Virus record (IMG/VR): IMGVR_UViG_3300009081_000009
Coordinates: 32,001-96,000 of that record
Direction: 5' to 3' (one strand)
Origin: a virus
Length of the DNA: 64,000 nt
The notes under the pieces were generated by a model. The model did no database searches, was not told where the DNA came from, and saw only the letters and a list, made by a program, of their open reading frames with translations. The position numbers were made by a program, and so were the translations under genes. The number at the start of each line of letters is the position of its first letter. The stretch's first letter is position 1. Below are positions 20,234 to 29,788 of the stretch, piece after piece.

Positions 20234-21778
20234 ATGGCAGAAGTTCAAGATCTAACACGCGAAGACTTAGTGTTACGTAAATTTTTTGATGATTCTATAA
20301 TACAGAATAGAATCGTTAGTCATTTGTCATGTGATTTATTTGACGATCCCGATAATAAGAGAATATGTGATTTCATCATTAGGTTTAATAAAAAATTTAA
20401 AAAGTATCCAAGTCCACAAGAATTAATAACTTCTCTACCCCCATGTAGAGAACGCACTAAAATAATATTTATAAATAATGTTAATATTCCTCATATGGAG
20501 AGGGATTTTACTATTGCCATGATTGAAAGTTTCTTCAAAGAGAAGAAAACTGAAATGATTTTAAGTAGTGCAGCCGAATTCATGCATGACGGGCATATAG
20601 ATAATATCAGTGATCTAGTAAAAGATTTACATAATGCTGTTAATTTTTCTCTCAATCTAGATATTGGCTTAAATATGGTTGAAGATGCAAAGGTAGCACT
20701 TGATAGATTGAATAAATCATTGGTTGCAGTTCCTTCAGCATTATCATTCATTCGTCAGGCAACTGCTCCTCCGAATGGCTTTGGTGGGCATTATAGAAAG
20801 GCTCTAGCCGTTTATTATGGTATGCCTAACGTAGGTAAGTCTATCTTATTATGTAACGATGCAGCCTATGCATATCAGGCTGGTTATAATGTTCTATATA
20901 TAACAATGGAAATGGCAGAAGAGCTTATATGGGAAAGAATAGCATCTAATATAAGTAATATAGAACTTGGTGCAATTAGAGGTAGAACCGCAGAAGAGAT
21001 TCAGGCATTATTGATAGGAAATAAATTAGAGGGTGCTGAAAGTGCTGGTACATTATATGTGAAAGCATTACCAACTACAGCAACTGTAAATGATTTTGAA
21101 AATGAAATTATTGAAATCAAGAGAACCAAAGGCATTGATGTTGACTTGTTAGTCGTTGATTATATTGGTATTATGAAACCAGCTAAGAGAGAAGGTTCAT
21201 TTAAAGATCATACTCTATACACTATGATTAAGGAAAGTGCTGAACAGTTGCGTGATTTAGCTAAAGCTAGATGTATTGCGGTTGTTACTGCTTCTCAGTT
21301 GAAACGTGAAGGTTATGAGAATAAAGAAGCTAGTATGAAGGATGTAGCTGGTTCGGTTGGTTTGAATGATACGGCTGATTTTGTTATTACTATTACTCAA
21401 GATCCATTGCTAAAACAATGTGGGTTGTATGCTCATATGATATTAAAAAATAGATTTGGGCAGAATAGTATTCCGGGAATGTCTAGAGTAGATTATACCC
21501 ACATGAGAGTAACCACTGCTACTAATGACGATACTGACAAATATACAGATTTGCAAATGAATCAAACACAATCGATTCCAGAATTTAATGCAAATCGTAT
21601 GGAAGTTGGTGGCTCATCAAAAACACAGATGAAGGATAAAGGTGGATATAGTCCTAGAGTAAATCCAAAGGCTAAGAAATCAACAAAAGAACCAGAACCA
21701 AAGCAAAAAGAAACTCCTGAATTTGATGTCGATAATCAGCCCGATGGATATGTAGACTCATCTGATGTTGTATTTTGA
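20234..21778 (+). CDS. gp41: gp41-like DnaB replicative helicase
   Basis: GMPNVGKS, YITMEMAEE, VVDYIGIM, TASQLKR, KNRFG. Confidence 0.92.
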   Translation: MAEVQDLTREDLVLRKFFDDSIIQNRIVSHLSCDLFDDPDNKRICDFIIRFNKKFKKYPSPQELITSLPPCRERTKIIFINNVNIPHMERDFTIAMIESFFKEKKTEMILSSAAEFMHDGHIDNISDLVKDLHNAVNFSLNLDIGLNMVEDAKVALDRLNKSLVAVPSALSFIRQATAPPNGFGGHYRKALAVYYGMPNVGKSILLCNDAAYAYQAGYNVLYITMEMAEELIWERIASNISNIELGAIRGRTAEEIQALLIGNKLEGAESAGTLYVKALPTTATVNDFENEIIEIKRTKGIDVDLLVVDYIGIMKPAKREGSFKDHTLYTMIKESAEQLRDLAKARCIAVVTASQLKREGYENKEASMKDVAGSVGLNDTADFVITITQDPLLKQCGLYAHMILKNRFGQNSIPGMSRVDYTHMRVTTATNDDTDKYTDLQMNQTQSIPEFNANRMEVGGSSKTQMKDKGGYSPRVNPKAKKSTKEPEPKQKETPEFDVDNQPDGYVDSSDVVF

Positions 21779-21796
21779 TGTATTATAATAAAAAAT

Positions 21797-21832
21797 AACC
21801 TATATTATGATATATGTATAATATAGGTTGTT
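21797..21832. terminator. AT-rich hairpin (possible terminator or operator)
   Basis: AACCTATATTAT...ATAATATAGGTT inverted repeat. Confidence 0.45.
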
Positions 21833-21838
21833 TACTAA

Positions 21839-22156
21839 ATGATTAATTTAGCAAAAGAAATTGAAACCCTCCTTATGACAAAACGATCAGAAGATGATGT
21901 TGTCGCAACATTATCAATGCCTGAACATAAGTTTAAAAAGATTTCTGATAAATTTAATGATGTAATTTTAGAAGTATATAACAATCATAAAAACGATGGT
22001 ATACGAATGCGTGATATTTTGTTATCACTACATACACACTTTGAGATTGAATATATGGTGGAAACATTGTTAAACATAAGAATCAAAGATATAGTAAAAA
22101 CAGAATACTCAACAAATATAGTGAATGCACATGACACGAAAAATAATTCTAAGTAA
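21839..22156 (+). CDS. possible gp33-like late transcription coactivator
   Basis: 105 aa; GIRMRDILLSLHTHFEIEYMVETLLNIRIKDIVKTE echoes the gp33 helical pattern; lies upstream of gp32 as in T4. Confidence 0.4.
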   Translation: MINLAKEIETLLMTKRSEDDVVATLSMPEHKFKKISDKFNDVILEVYNNHKNDGIRMRDILLSLHTHFEIEYMVETLLNIRIKDIVKTEYSTNIVNAHDTKNNSK

Positions 22157-22736
22157 GAAAGACACCTACGCTAAATATCAAGAAGTTATGAAAGAACACC
22201 TAAATGAGCCAATGGAATTATCTCATAATGCTCTTGTTGAACGTGCTGGTGGTTCTATAAGTAATTTACCTGTAAAAACTAAAGAATTTGCTGATTGGTT
22301 ACAAGATCAGCGAGAAAGAAATCCATTGATCGGTCGTGATTATATAGAAGCTGCTCCTGAATATAATTCGGAACAAATTAAAATGAACGATGAAAAAGAA
22401 ATATATGGATCTGATGCAAATGAATTAGTAGATAAAGAAGAATCCAAAGCCTTTGATGTTGAAGCTAGTCAATCAATGCTTTCGGATAGATTGGGTGCTG
22501 CTTTAATCGGTGATGATTCGCATGACACTAAATTTATCGATATGGCGATCATATCAAATGCTACAAAGCAGTTACTTACATCGGATGTAGATTCAATTAC
22601 GAGTCATGCTACAGATGAATTAAAGAAGTACCATGGTGATGCTAATTACCAAACTGATATAAATGTAACTGATGTAATAGAGCAAGAACAAATATTATTA
22701 ATAGAAGAACAAAATAATTATAAATTGCTAAAATAA
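22125..22736 (+). CDS. hypothetical acidic protein
   Basis: ~200 aa ORF; start may be ATG 22131. Confidence 0.7.
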   Translation: MHMTRKIILSKKDTYAKYQEVMKEHLNEPMELSHNALVERAGGSISNLPVKTKEFADWLQDQRERNPLIGRDYIEAAPEYNSEQIKMNDEKEIYGSDANELVDKEESKAFDVEASQSMLSDRLGAALIGDDSHDTKFIDMAIISNATKQLLTSDVDSITSHATDELKKYHGDANYQTDINVTDVIEQEQILLIEEQNNYKLLK

Positions 22737-22739
22737 TAT

Positions 22740-22768
22740 CTGACAAATCGAGCCAAATAATATATATT
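22740..22768 (+). promoter_or_regulatory. sigma70-like promoter CTGACA-N17-TATATT for gp32
   Basis: -35 at 22740-22745, -10 at 22763-22768. Confidence 0.55.
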
Positions 22769-22848
22769 TATTATTGTTCACACGTAGAATATTGATTCTA
22801 AATACGGAACATTAATAAATAAAATAAACATGGAACAAGGAGTTCAAT

Positions 22849-23877
22849 ATGTCAGATTTTCTAACGATCACCAACGAAACAGCCCCAGACCTTACCCCAG
22901 CAGGTAAAGGTGGAAACGGTGGAGGCAAGAAGCCAGTAGATCCTCGCTTCTGGAAACCAACAATCAAAAATGAAAAGAAAGAATATCAATCGTATATACG
23001 ATTGTTACCACGTGGCATTAATGGATTGAAAAATCGATTGAATCCAAGTGTTAAGGTTCTTACTCATTATCTTAAATCCGATTCAGCAAAGGTATTTAGA
23101 ACTATTAAATGCCGTAAAACTGCTGGAAGTGAAGAAGTATGCCCAATTTGTGAAGCAGCATGGGCAATCTTTAATGAAGGAAAGAAGCAAAACAATGAAG
23201 ACCTAAAGGACATGGGAAAATCCATGCTTCCAAAGGAAACTCATGTTATTAATATTCTTGTACGTAACGATATACAGAATAAAGATAATAATGGGCAGGT
23301 CAAACTCTGGGAACATACTCAGAAGTTGAATGAAACTTTGTTTGCACCTACAAAGGAAGAAAAGGCAGATCCTAATAAGGTTTCCCTTAAAAAGAAAGAA
23401 ATTTTCTATCCTTATAGTCCAAAGCATGGTCGTGATTTCTTGGTTGTTATGACTGAGAATCCAAAGAATAAATATCCTACATATGATAGCTCAGAATGGG
23501 ATAAGGAATATAGTGATTTGGCTGCTACTGAGGGTGAAATCATGGCTATTCTTGATAAGTGTCATGACTTGACTGAATTTGTAAGTAACATTCCTACGAT
23601 TGAAGAAGCAGCTCAGAAGTACTCCGAATTCAGAGCAGCAGTAGAAACCAAAGAAGCAGCTCAGTTGCTTAATGGTGGTACTGCTAGTGCATCTGTCGCT
23701 TTGAGTGGATCTAGTGCAACTGCATTTAAGAATGTTTCTTCTGGAAATGCTCAAGAGTACTTCCAAGGAGGCTCTGTTCAGAATACAGCAGCACCTAAAT
23801 CGAATCCACTAGAACCAATGGAACCAGTCGCACCATCAATGGAAGATTCTATTGCTGATGATGAACTTCCATTCTAA
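22849..23877 (+). CDS. gp32: gp32-like single-stranded DNA-binding protein
   Basis: DPRFWKPT, IRLLP, H...C...CPICE Zn site, NILV..D, GQVKLW, YDSSEW, acidic tail. Confidence 0.92.
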   Translation: MSDFLTITNETAPDLTPAGKGGNGGGKKPVDPRFWKPTIKNEKKEYQSYIRLLPRGINGLKNRLNPSVKVLTHYLKSDSAKVFRTIKCRKTAGSEEVCPICEAAWAIFNEGKKQNNEDLKDMGKSMLPKETHVINILVRNDIQNKDNNGQVKLWEHTQKLNETLFAPTKEEKADPNKVSLKKKEIFYPYSPKHGRDFLVVMTENPKNKYPTYDSSEWDKEYSDLAATEGEIMAILDKCHDLTEFVSNIPTIEEAAQKYSEFRAAVETKEAAQLLNGGTASASVALSGSSATAFKNVSSGNAQEYFQGGSVQNTAAPKSNPLEPMEPVAPSMEDSIADDELPF

Positions 23878-23899
23878 TGGATGATTAAAGTATATATTT

Positions 23900-23927
23900 A
23901 AGAGAGATGGAGACATCTCTCTTTTTT
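23900..23927 (+). terminator. intrinsic terminator
   Basis: AGAGAGATG-GAGA-CATCTCTCT-TTTTT. Confidence 0.75.
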
Positions 23928-23933
23928 ATTTAT

Positions 23934-24149
23934 ATGAAAAAATACAATGAAATAATAACAAATGCAATAGATACCGAATATACAAGATATAACGGATTAT
24001 CTAATATATTAATTGATCTTGAGTTTACATCATCTATGAGAAGATATGGGAAAACGAAAAATATCACTCGTTTTCGAAATTCTTTACTATATTTAGGGAT
24101 GATAGAAGAAACTTTACAAGCATTAAAAGATGGTACACACAAAATTTGA
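23934..24149 (+). CDS. hypothetical protein
   Basis: MKKYNEII...; ATG 23907 lies inside the terminator, so 23934 is preferred. Confidence 0.5.
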   Translation: MKKYNEIITNAIDTEYTRYNGLSNILIDLEFTSSMRRYGKTKNITRFRNSLLYLGMIEETLQALKDGTHKI

Positions 24150-25356
24150 CGAAGGTAGAATACCAGATTCCGTATTTCATGATGCGGTTCAAGAAGTATT
24201 AGGTAACTGTTCATTATCCTGTAATTCTACAGGAACTGAATATACCTTTCATTGTCCTATGTGTGGAGGTCATACAAAGAATCGTAACATCAAATGTGGC
24301 TATGTGTATAGTGATACATGGAAATACAAATGTTATAATGAATGTGGATCTATGTCATTCCTATATTTCTTAAAAAAAGAACATCATGATGTATGGAAAA
24401 AAGTGATATTTCATGCATTTGATAATTCTAAACGAGACAAGAAAAAAGTAGTTGTAAAAACAAGAGTACAAAAAACATACAATGCTAATAACCTATATAA
24501 GTTTAAAGATGGTGAATTAATCGATATAACCGATTCTGATAATCCAGTTGCTGTTGAAGCATTAAAATATTGTATAAGTCGAAAAATACGAAAAGACGTA
24601 TATAAAAAATGGTTTGTCTGTATACGAGATGATAAATTTTTCGACAGAGATGCTAAAGGTGAACTTGTTTATAATGATAAAGGATATCCTAAAGGCAATG
24701 AATATGGCAATCGGATAATAATACCATATTATAAGTATGGTGGTAAATGGGTACAATTCGATGCTAGATCACTAGACCCAAATCCATTTCTACGATATAA
24801 GAATCTAGCTGATGCTGATCGCGAGATGTATAACATTGATTTTATAAATGTAAACGAACCGTTCTTTCTTCTTGAGGGAGCCATAGATTCTACATTTATA
24901 CGAAACTCAATTGCATTTGGTGGAACTCAGCATCTTATGAAGTTTCTGGAGCAATACCCAGAATTAAAGAAGAATGCACATAATGGTACTGTTATTTGGG
25001 ACAACGATGAAGCTGGACGAGATGAGATGCCTAAAACCGTTAAACTTGGATTTAACTGGTTTGAATGGACTGATATAATACCAACGGATGAGTATAAGTA
25101 TAATTCTGATGGAACACTTAGAATAATTAAAGATGTGAATAATGCCGTTATGTATAGTGATGCATTTAGATTGGATAAAAATGGTTTTATTGTTTTTGAT
25201 GATATAAAAAAGTATATTAGAAAGGCAGAAGGTGCATCTGTTAAACTCACATTACTGTATGGTAACAGAGTTAAAATGAAATTTGAAAAAAATAGAAATT
25301 TATCAAATGCACTAAAAACTAAAAACGTAAAAAAAGTTATAGTACCATATTTCTAA
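24130..25356 (+). CDS. gp61: gp61-like DNA primase
   Basis: CPMCG...CYNECG Zn ribbon, RIIIPY, LLEGAIDS (TOPRIM), WDNDEAG, KDVN. Confidence 0.92.
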   Translation: MVHTKFDEGRIPDSVFHDAVQEVLGNCSLSCNSTGTEYTFHCPMCGGHTKNRNIKCGYVYSDTWKYKCYNECGSMSFLYFLKKEHHDVWKKVIFHAFDNSKRDKKKVVVKTRVQKTYNANNLYKFKDGELIDITDSDNPVAVEALKYCISRKIRKDVYKKWFVCIRDDKFFDRDAKGELVYNDKGYPKGNEYGNRIIIPYYKYGGKWVQFDARSLDPNPFLRYKNLADADREMYNIDFINVNEPFFLLEGAIDSTFIRNSIAFGGTQHLMKFLEQYPELKKNAHNGTVIWDNDEAGRDEMPKTVKLGFNWFEWTDIIPTDEYKYNSDGTLRIIKDVNNAVMYSDAFRLDKNGFIVFDDIKKYIRKAEGASVKLTLLYGNRVKMKFEKNRNLSNALKTKNVKKVIVPYF

Positions 25357-25365
25357 GGAATCCAC

Positions 25366-26400
25366 ATGAGTAAGAAAGACAAAAAAATAGTTAAAGCCGA
25401 TGATGTATCAGAAACTCTTTTTGAAGGAGATGGTACTATTGCTTCTGATGAATTAACGATTGATGAAGCATTTGGTGATATATCGATTAATGATGCGATG
25501 GATACTGTTATAAATGAATTAGAGAATCAAAATATTGCAAAAAGTGAAGCATTGAAAGTAAAAGCTAGTAAAAAACGCCAAGAAGTTGGGAAAATAAAGA
25601 CTGAATTGGGTATTAGACCTCCAAAACAGAGTAAATTCCCTACTCAAAGTGATGATTTTTTAAGTAAGCCAGCGAGTGATCGAGCTATTCATGTAATCTT
25701 GAATCAACATATGTCAAAGATTTACTTGGATGGTGTTGATTTCGCACCTCGTATAATGATGGGAATCCCTGCATTTAATAAGCAATGTAAAAAGAATGCA
25801 TTTGAACATTTAATCCGAGTCCAAGAGAAGATTAAAGAATTTAGAGGTAATGATCCAACTAAAGCTCCTAAATGGATTGTTATTAGTAATGATTCATCCA
25901 TGATACAAGATCGAAATATATTAAGTCGGTTAGAAGAGTGTAAAGAAAATACACATGTAGTCGCTCCATATGGATATTCACAGATTCGATCATCTGGTAG
26001 ATGGTTTAGTTTGGATACTAATGATGTGCATTATGGATGCTACATACAAGGAAAAATGGATAATAATTCATGGAAATTTGTTAGTGGCATGGATTATGTA
26101 GGCCCACGTAATCGAGTATTGATAGCACATGGCCCATTTATTGCAGTTCGTGGCGAGACATTCATGAAGTTAGATTTTAAAGAGATGTCCGAACATATGG
26201 AATTGGGGTATTATCACTATATGGCTGATATTTCATTGGAATGTCATAAGCGAGGATTACTAACTGCTACCATACGATCTATTGCAACTCAATACGATGA
26301 AATATCCAATGTGTTTTCTGGTAGTGAAGTACAAGTAGATCATGCATACTTTACATCAAAATGGCAATCTAAACTACCAATAAGTATAGTAAAACGATAA
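25366..26400 (+). CDS. divergent GT-A glycosyltransferase-like protein with charged N-terminus
   Basis: WIVISNDS, HGPFIAVRG..F, YYHYMADISLEC resemble the GT2-type FHFYD.D.CL signature. Confidence 0.5.
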   Translation: MSKKDKKIVKADDVSETLFEGDGTIASDELTIDEAFGDISINDAMDTVINELENQNIAKSEALKVKASKKRQEVGKIKTELGIRPPKQSKFPTQSDDFLSKPASDRAIHVILNQHMSKIYLDGVDFAPRIMMGIPAFNKQCKKNAFEHLIRVQEKIKEFRGNDPTKAPKWIVISNDSSMIQDRNILSRLEECKENTHVVAPYGYSQIRSSGRWFSLDTNDVHYGCYIQGKMDNNSWKFVSGMDYVGPRNRVLIAHGPFIAVRGETFMKLDFKEMSEHMELGYYHYMADISLECHKRGLLTATIRSIATQYDEISNVFSGSEVQVDHAYFTSKWQSKLPISIVKR

Positions 26401-26408
26401 AATTAATT

Positions 26409-26432
26409 ATCCCCTTCACCGGGGATTTTTTA
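26409..26432 (+). terminator. intrinsic terminator
   Basis: ATCCCC-TTCACC-GGGGAT-TTTT. Confidence 0.7.
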
Positions 26433-26436
26433 TTTA

Positions 26437-26445
26437 TATAAACTA
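26437..26445 (+). promoter_or_regulatory. late-type promoter TATAAACTA
   Basis: Recurrent motif. Confidence 0.65.
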
Positions 26446-26470
26446 TTATCATAAAACAATAAGGTTATGT

Positions 26471-27124
26471 ATGAGTTCCAATTTCGATAAATTATTAGAT
26501 CTCACCAAAGGATTCGAACCATCCTCTGGTGCTCAGTGTGATTCGTTCGGTAATAATGTATTTTCTCCAATTTCTGCTGGTTTGAATGATTTTAATAAAG
26601 GTGTCGGATTTATGACTAAATTCGGTGATTATTCTATTCCAATCAATGAAGCAGTTGAGTATGTATATGACACAAAATTATTGTATGATAATTTACAGCC
26701 AGTTGAACAATATTTTAAGACTAAATTAAAGGAAATGAATACCAACGAAATCGCAAGAAATAAGAACTATAAAGGTGAAAAGGATTTAGGTTCTTCTATT
26801 GGATTCATGCAAGGAATTGATGGAGAACCTACGGCAGATGAACAGGAAGCCATAAAATTGATGAAATATAACGAAAATGAATCAAAATTCCCACCTCCAT
26901 TAAGCACAGATATACCAATCAAGTCATCACAAGAATTCGTTAAATTACTATCTGAAATATATAAAGATTTGGATTCAGATACGTTAAATAAGATATTACA
27001 AAGTGCATCTGGATTTATTAATGCATTTGATGTAAATTCTTTCAGACGTTATATTGAAACAGTAAAGGAAGAAATTCAAAATAGAAATTTTTCTAATACA
27101 GAAAGAGAACCACGCCAATTCTAA
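26471..27124 (+). CDS. hypothetical late protein
   Basis: 217 aa; late promoter and AAGG SD. Confidence 0.75.
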   Translation: MSSNFDKLLDLTKGFEPSSGAQCDSFGNNVFSPISAGLNDFNKGVGFMTKFGDYSIPINEAVEYVYDTKLLYDNLQPVEQYFKTKLKEMNTNEIARNKNYKGEKDLGSSIGFMQGIDGEPTADEQEAIKLMKYNENESKFPPPLSTDIPIKSSQEFVKLLSEIYKDLDSDTLNKILQSASGFINAFDVNSFRRYIETVKEEIQNRNFSNTEREPRQF

Positions 27125-27145
27125 TTCATAAATATATAATTACAA

Positions 27146-27174
27146 TAAAAAAGAGTCAGAGATGGCTCTTTTTT
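27146..27174. terminator. intrinsic terminator (A/T-flanked)
   Basis: AAAAAGAGTCA-GAGA-TGGCTCTTTTTT. Confidence 0.7.
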
Positions 27175-27203
27175 GCTATATTATAGTAATCTATGGAGAA
27201 AAT

Positions 27204-28046
27204 ATGTCCTATCCTATAATTATAAGTCAAGTATATTTAGATGTTTTGAAAAATCTATTAAAAGTAGCCAATAAGCGAGAGGTGCTATTTTTTAAAGAGA
27301 ATGATGATTATATGATCTCATTGATGGATATGGGAACATTAGTTCATATATCAACTACAGAATCCAATATATCATATCAAGATAGCGAGGTGGGTATATC
27401 CAACATGAGTGAATTCATGGATTATGTTAAAGCTGTAGGATATCCAAAAACAGGTGATATAAAGTTTTCACAAGAAAAATCAACTAAAGGTAGAGTTTTA
27501 GATTGTCTAGTTTTCAGTGATGATTATTCCACATATAGAACTGTAGTGGCTGACCCAACTAAATTTACAGCCAAATACGATAAAAAAGTTCCTGTAGATA
27601 GAAGTATCGATCCAATGAGTCTAGTTGCTCAATTTACATTAGATGAAGAAGATTTAGCTCGAATAACTAACGATATCAAGCTAATGAAAAAGTGTGAAAT
27701 ATTTGGCGTGACCGTGGCTGATGATATATCATTGTATATGAGAGGTATTGAACGTCAGCAGGTTACACGTACTATAGATTCTACTAAAGCTAGGATTTTG
27801 AATTCTACTGTCTTGAAGAGTGATAGTATTGATAAGTATAGATTGTTTCCTAGTAGACTTTTCTCCTTTATGTCAACATTTGATTGTGAATTTGATGTCG
27901 AACTAAGATATCTAGAATCTCGTAATATAGTAGCATTCAAGGCATTTGGTAAAATTGAGAATCCGAATGGCGATCCTATTAATGTATATGTAGCATCTTC
28001 CGAAAGTACATCTCAAATAATGAGTAACTTTGATATAATAGAATGA
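27204..28046 (+). CDS. gp45: gp45-like sliding clamp
   Basis: ISQVYLDVLKNL, EVGISNMSEF, YRTVVADP, FTLDEEDL match the gp45 pattern; GGAG SD before ATG 27204. Confidence 0.7.
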   Translation: MSYPIIISQVYLDVLKNLLKVANKREVLFFKENDDYMISLMDMGTLVHISTTESNISYQDSEVGISNMSEFMDYVKAVGYPKTGDIKFSQEKSTKGRVLDCLVFSDDYSTYRTVVADPTKFTAKYDKKVPVDRSIDPMSLVAQFTLDEEDLARITNDIKLMKKCEIFGVTVADDISLYMRGIERQQVTRTIDSTKARILNSTVLKSDSIDKYRLFPSRLFSFMSTFDCEFDVELRYLESRNIVAFKAFGKIENPNGDPINVYVASSESTSQIMSNFDIIE

Positions 28047-28068
28047 TTTATGTTTATATTGTCATAAA

Positions 28069-28077
28069 TATAAACTA
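28069..28077 (+). promoter_or_regulatory. late-type promoter TATAAACTA
   Basis: Recurrent motif. Confidence 0.65.
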
Positions 28078-28106
28078 TTGATAATCATTATATTTAGGTA
28101 TACAAA

Positions 28107-29705
28107 ATGGAATTCAAACGATCTGATGTATTAAATGCATTAAAAAAGGTTAATATTGATAACGGCCCAGATAACACCAAGTTTAAAAAACAGGATGTTA
28201 TCGCCAACTTAGGTAAAACTATACCTAAACCAACTGAAAAAACACCCGATAAAATTAATCAGATGGCGGTTATTAAGAAGATGAATGGTGATTTATCTAA
28301 TCCAGCTAAAGGGATTAAGTTTGAATCTACGTGGAGACCACAACCAACCACAGTTAAAGCCATTACCCAGCGTATATTAACCGAAGCGACTGTAACACCT
28401 AATGCATCTCCTAATGCATTTAGATTAGATCTAAAAAGCATCGTACTAGATAAATGTCATAGTAAATTCAACATTAAGAGAAAGAATGCTGACGCTGTAG
28501 TTGAATTGATATACCCGAATGCTAATAGTAAGATAACCGTAAAGATACATGTAGATGGAATGGATGATTCAGTATATGAAGTTGGATTAGAAGATCAACA
28601 ATATACTACGAACTTTGGTGCATCTATTATTAAATCGATTGATCAATTAGTATCAAAACAGAAAGAACAATCTCCTTCATTTAGCACACCGTCTCAGTTC
28701 TCAAATCCTGCTATCAGTGTGTCAGGATTCTCGCCAAACTGGGTACAGAATGGATATGCTATGGAATCTGATGCTAGACATATGATGGATTTAATCACAT
28801 TAATAGAGCAAGGCGAAAAGCCAGTTGATGAAGAACCAACAGATGAATCTACAGATCCTGCTGATGCAACAGATCCTGCTGTTGATGGAACAGAAGGTGC
28901 TGATGCTGTACCCGAAGGTGATGCAGGTGATGTCAATGCAGATGCCTTTGGTGCGGAAGACTTCTCATTAGGTGGTGGCGGTGGTTCAGCTCCTTCTATG
29001 GGTGGTGATATTGGTGGTGGAGGTGCTCCTGATGCAGCCCCTGATGCTGTGAATACTGATGCTGGTGGTGTAGGACTTGAAGATAATGATGAATATGCAT
29101 CGTTTAAAGAATTTGCTGTAGATAATTTCTCCACTACAAAAAATGGTGTAGTTGATGTATTAGCTAATATAGTTGGCGATGCATTAGGTAAGCAAATGAA
29201 TAATTCAACTCAAGGTGTTAAATTAACTTCATATCAAATATCTAATGGTATGCAAGGGTTAAATACAAGACCTGCTATCGAAATTATTGATGCATTCTTA
29301 AAATTATATCCAGCTCTCGATGGTGAATTTAAAGTTAGTGATTTAGAAACTCTAGCTGAAAAACTGGAAGAAAGACCATCACCTACAGAATTTAATCAAT
29401 TCTTAGAAGGTCATTTAAAAGAAATGCAAAATGAATCTTCTACCGATACGGATGTATTACAATTACCTGATTCTGAAATGCAACCTATGGGTGGTGCTGC
29501 TCCAACTGATCAATACCAACCAAGTGAATTTGGTGATTTTATGGATAATGCTTCTCAAATGGGTGGTAATGAAGGAGTTCCTGCTCCAGAAGAAGTAACG
29601 CCAGAAGCAAATGCAGAAGACGAAGATGTACAGAACACATTAAAGAAAGCTGCTGAAATGGAAACTGGTGTAGGCCCAGCCAAAAACGAATTTCCTAACG
29701 TTTAA
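28107..29705 (+). CDS. acidic, low-complexity late protein (possible head core/internal protein)
   Basis: 532 aa; D/E/G/A/P-rich tracts; LTE/MES/LIE sites; late promoter. Confidence 0.7.
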   Translation: MEFKRSDVLNALKKVNIDNGPDNTKFKKQDVIANLGKTIPKPTEKTPDKINQMAVIKKMNGDLSNPAKGIKFESTWRPQPTTVKAITQRILTEATVTPNASPNAFRLDLKSIVLDKCHSKFNIKRKNADAVVELIYPNANSKITVKIHVDGMDDSVYEVGLEDQQYTTNFGASIIKSIDQLVSKQKEQSPSFSTPSQFSNPAISVSGFSPNWVQNGYAMESDARHMMDLITLIEQGEKPVDEEPTDESTDPADATDPAVDGTEGADAVPEGDAGDVNADAFGAEDFSLGGGGGSAPSMGGDIGGGGAPDAAPDAVNTDAGGVGLEDNDEYASFKEFAVDNFSTTKNGVVDVLANIVGDALGKQMNNSTQGVKLTSYQISNGMQGLNTRPAIEIIDAFLKLYPALDGEFKVSDLETLAEKLEERPSPTEFNQFLEGHLKEMQNESSTDTDVLQLPDSEMQPMGGAAPTDQYQPSEFGDFMDNASQMGGNEGVPAPEEVTPEANAEDEDVQNTLKKAAEMETGVGPAKNEFPNV

Positions 29706-29724
29706 TAACTAAATTATTTAATTT

Positions 29725-29754
29725 AAGGCAGAACTCAATAGTTCTGTCTTTTTT
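29725..29754 (+). terminator. intrinsic terminator
   Basis: AAGGCAGAACT-CAAT-AGTTCTGTCTT-TTTT. Confidence 0.75.
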
Positions 29755-29788
29755 AATTATATTTAGATGATAATAAGGAAATTAAATT

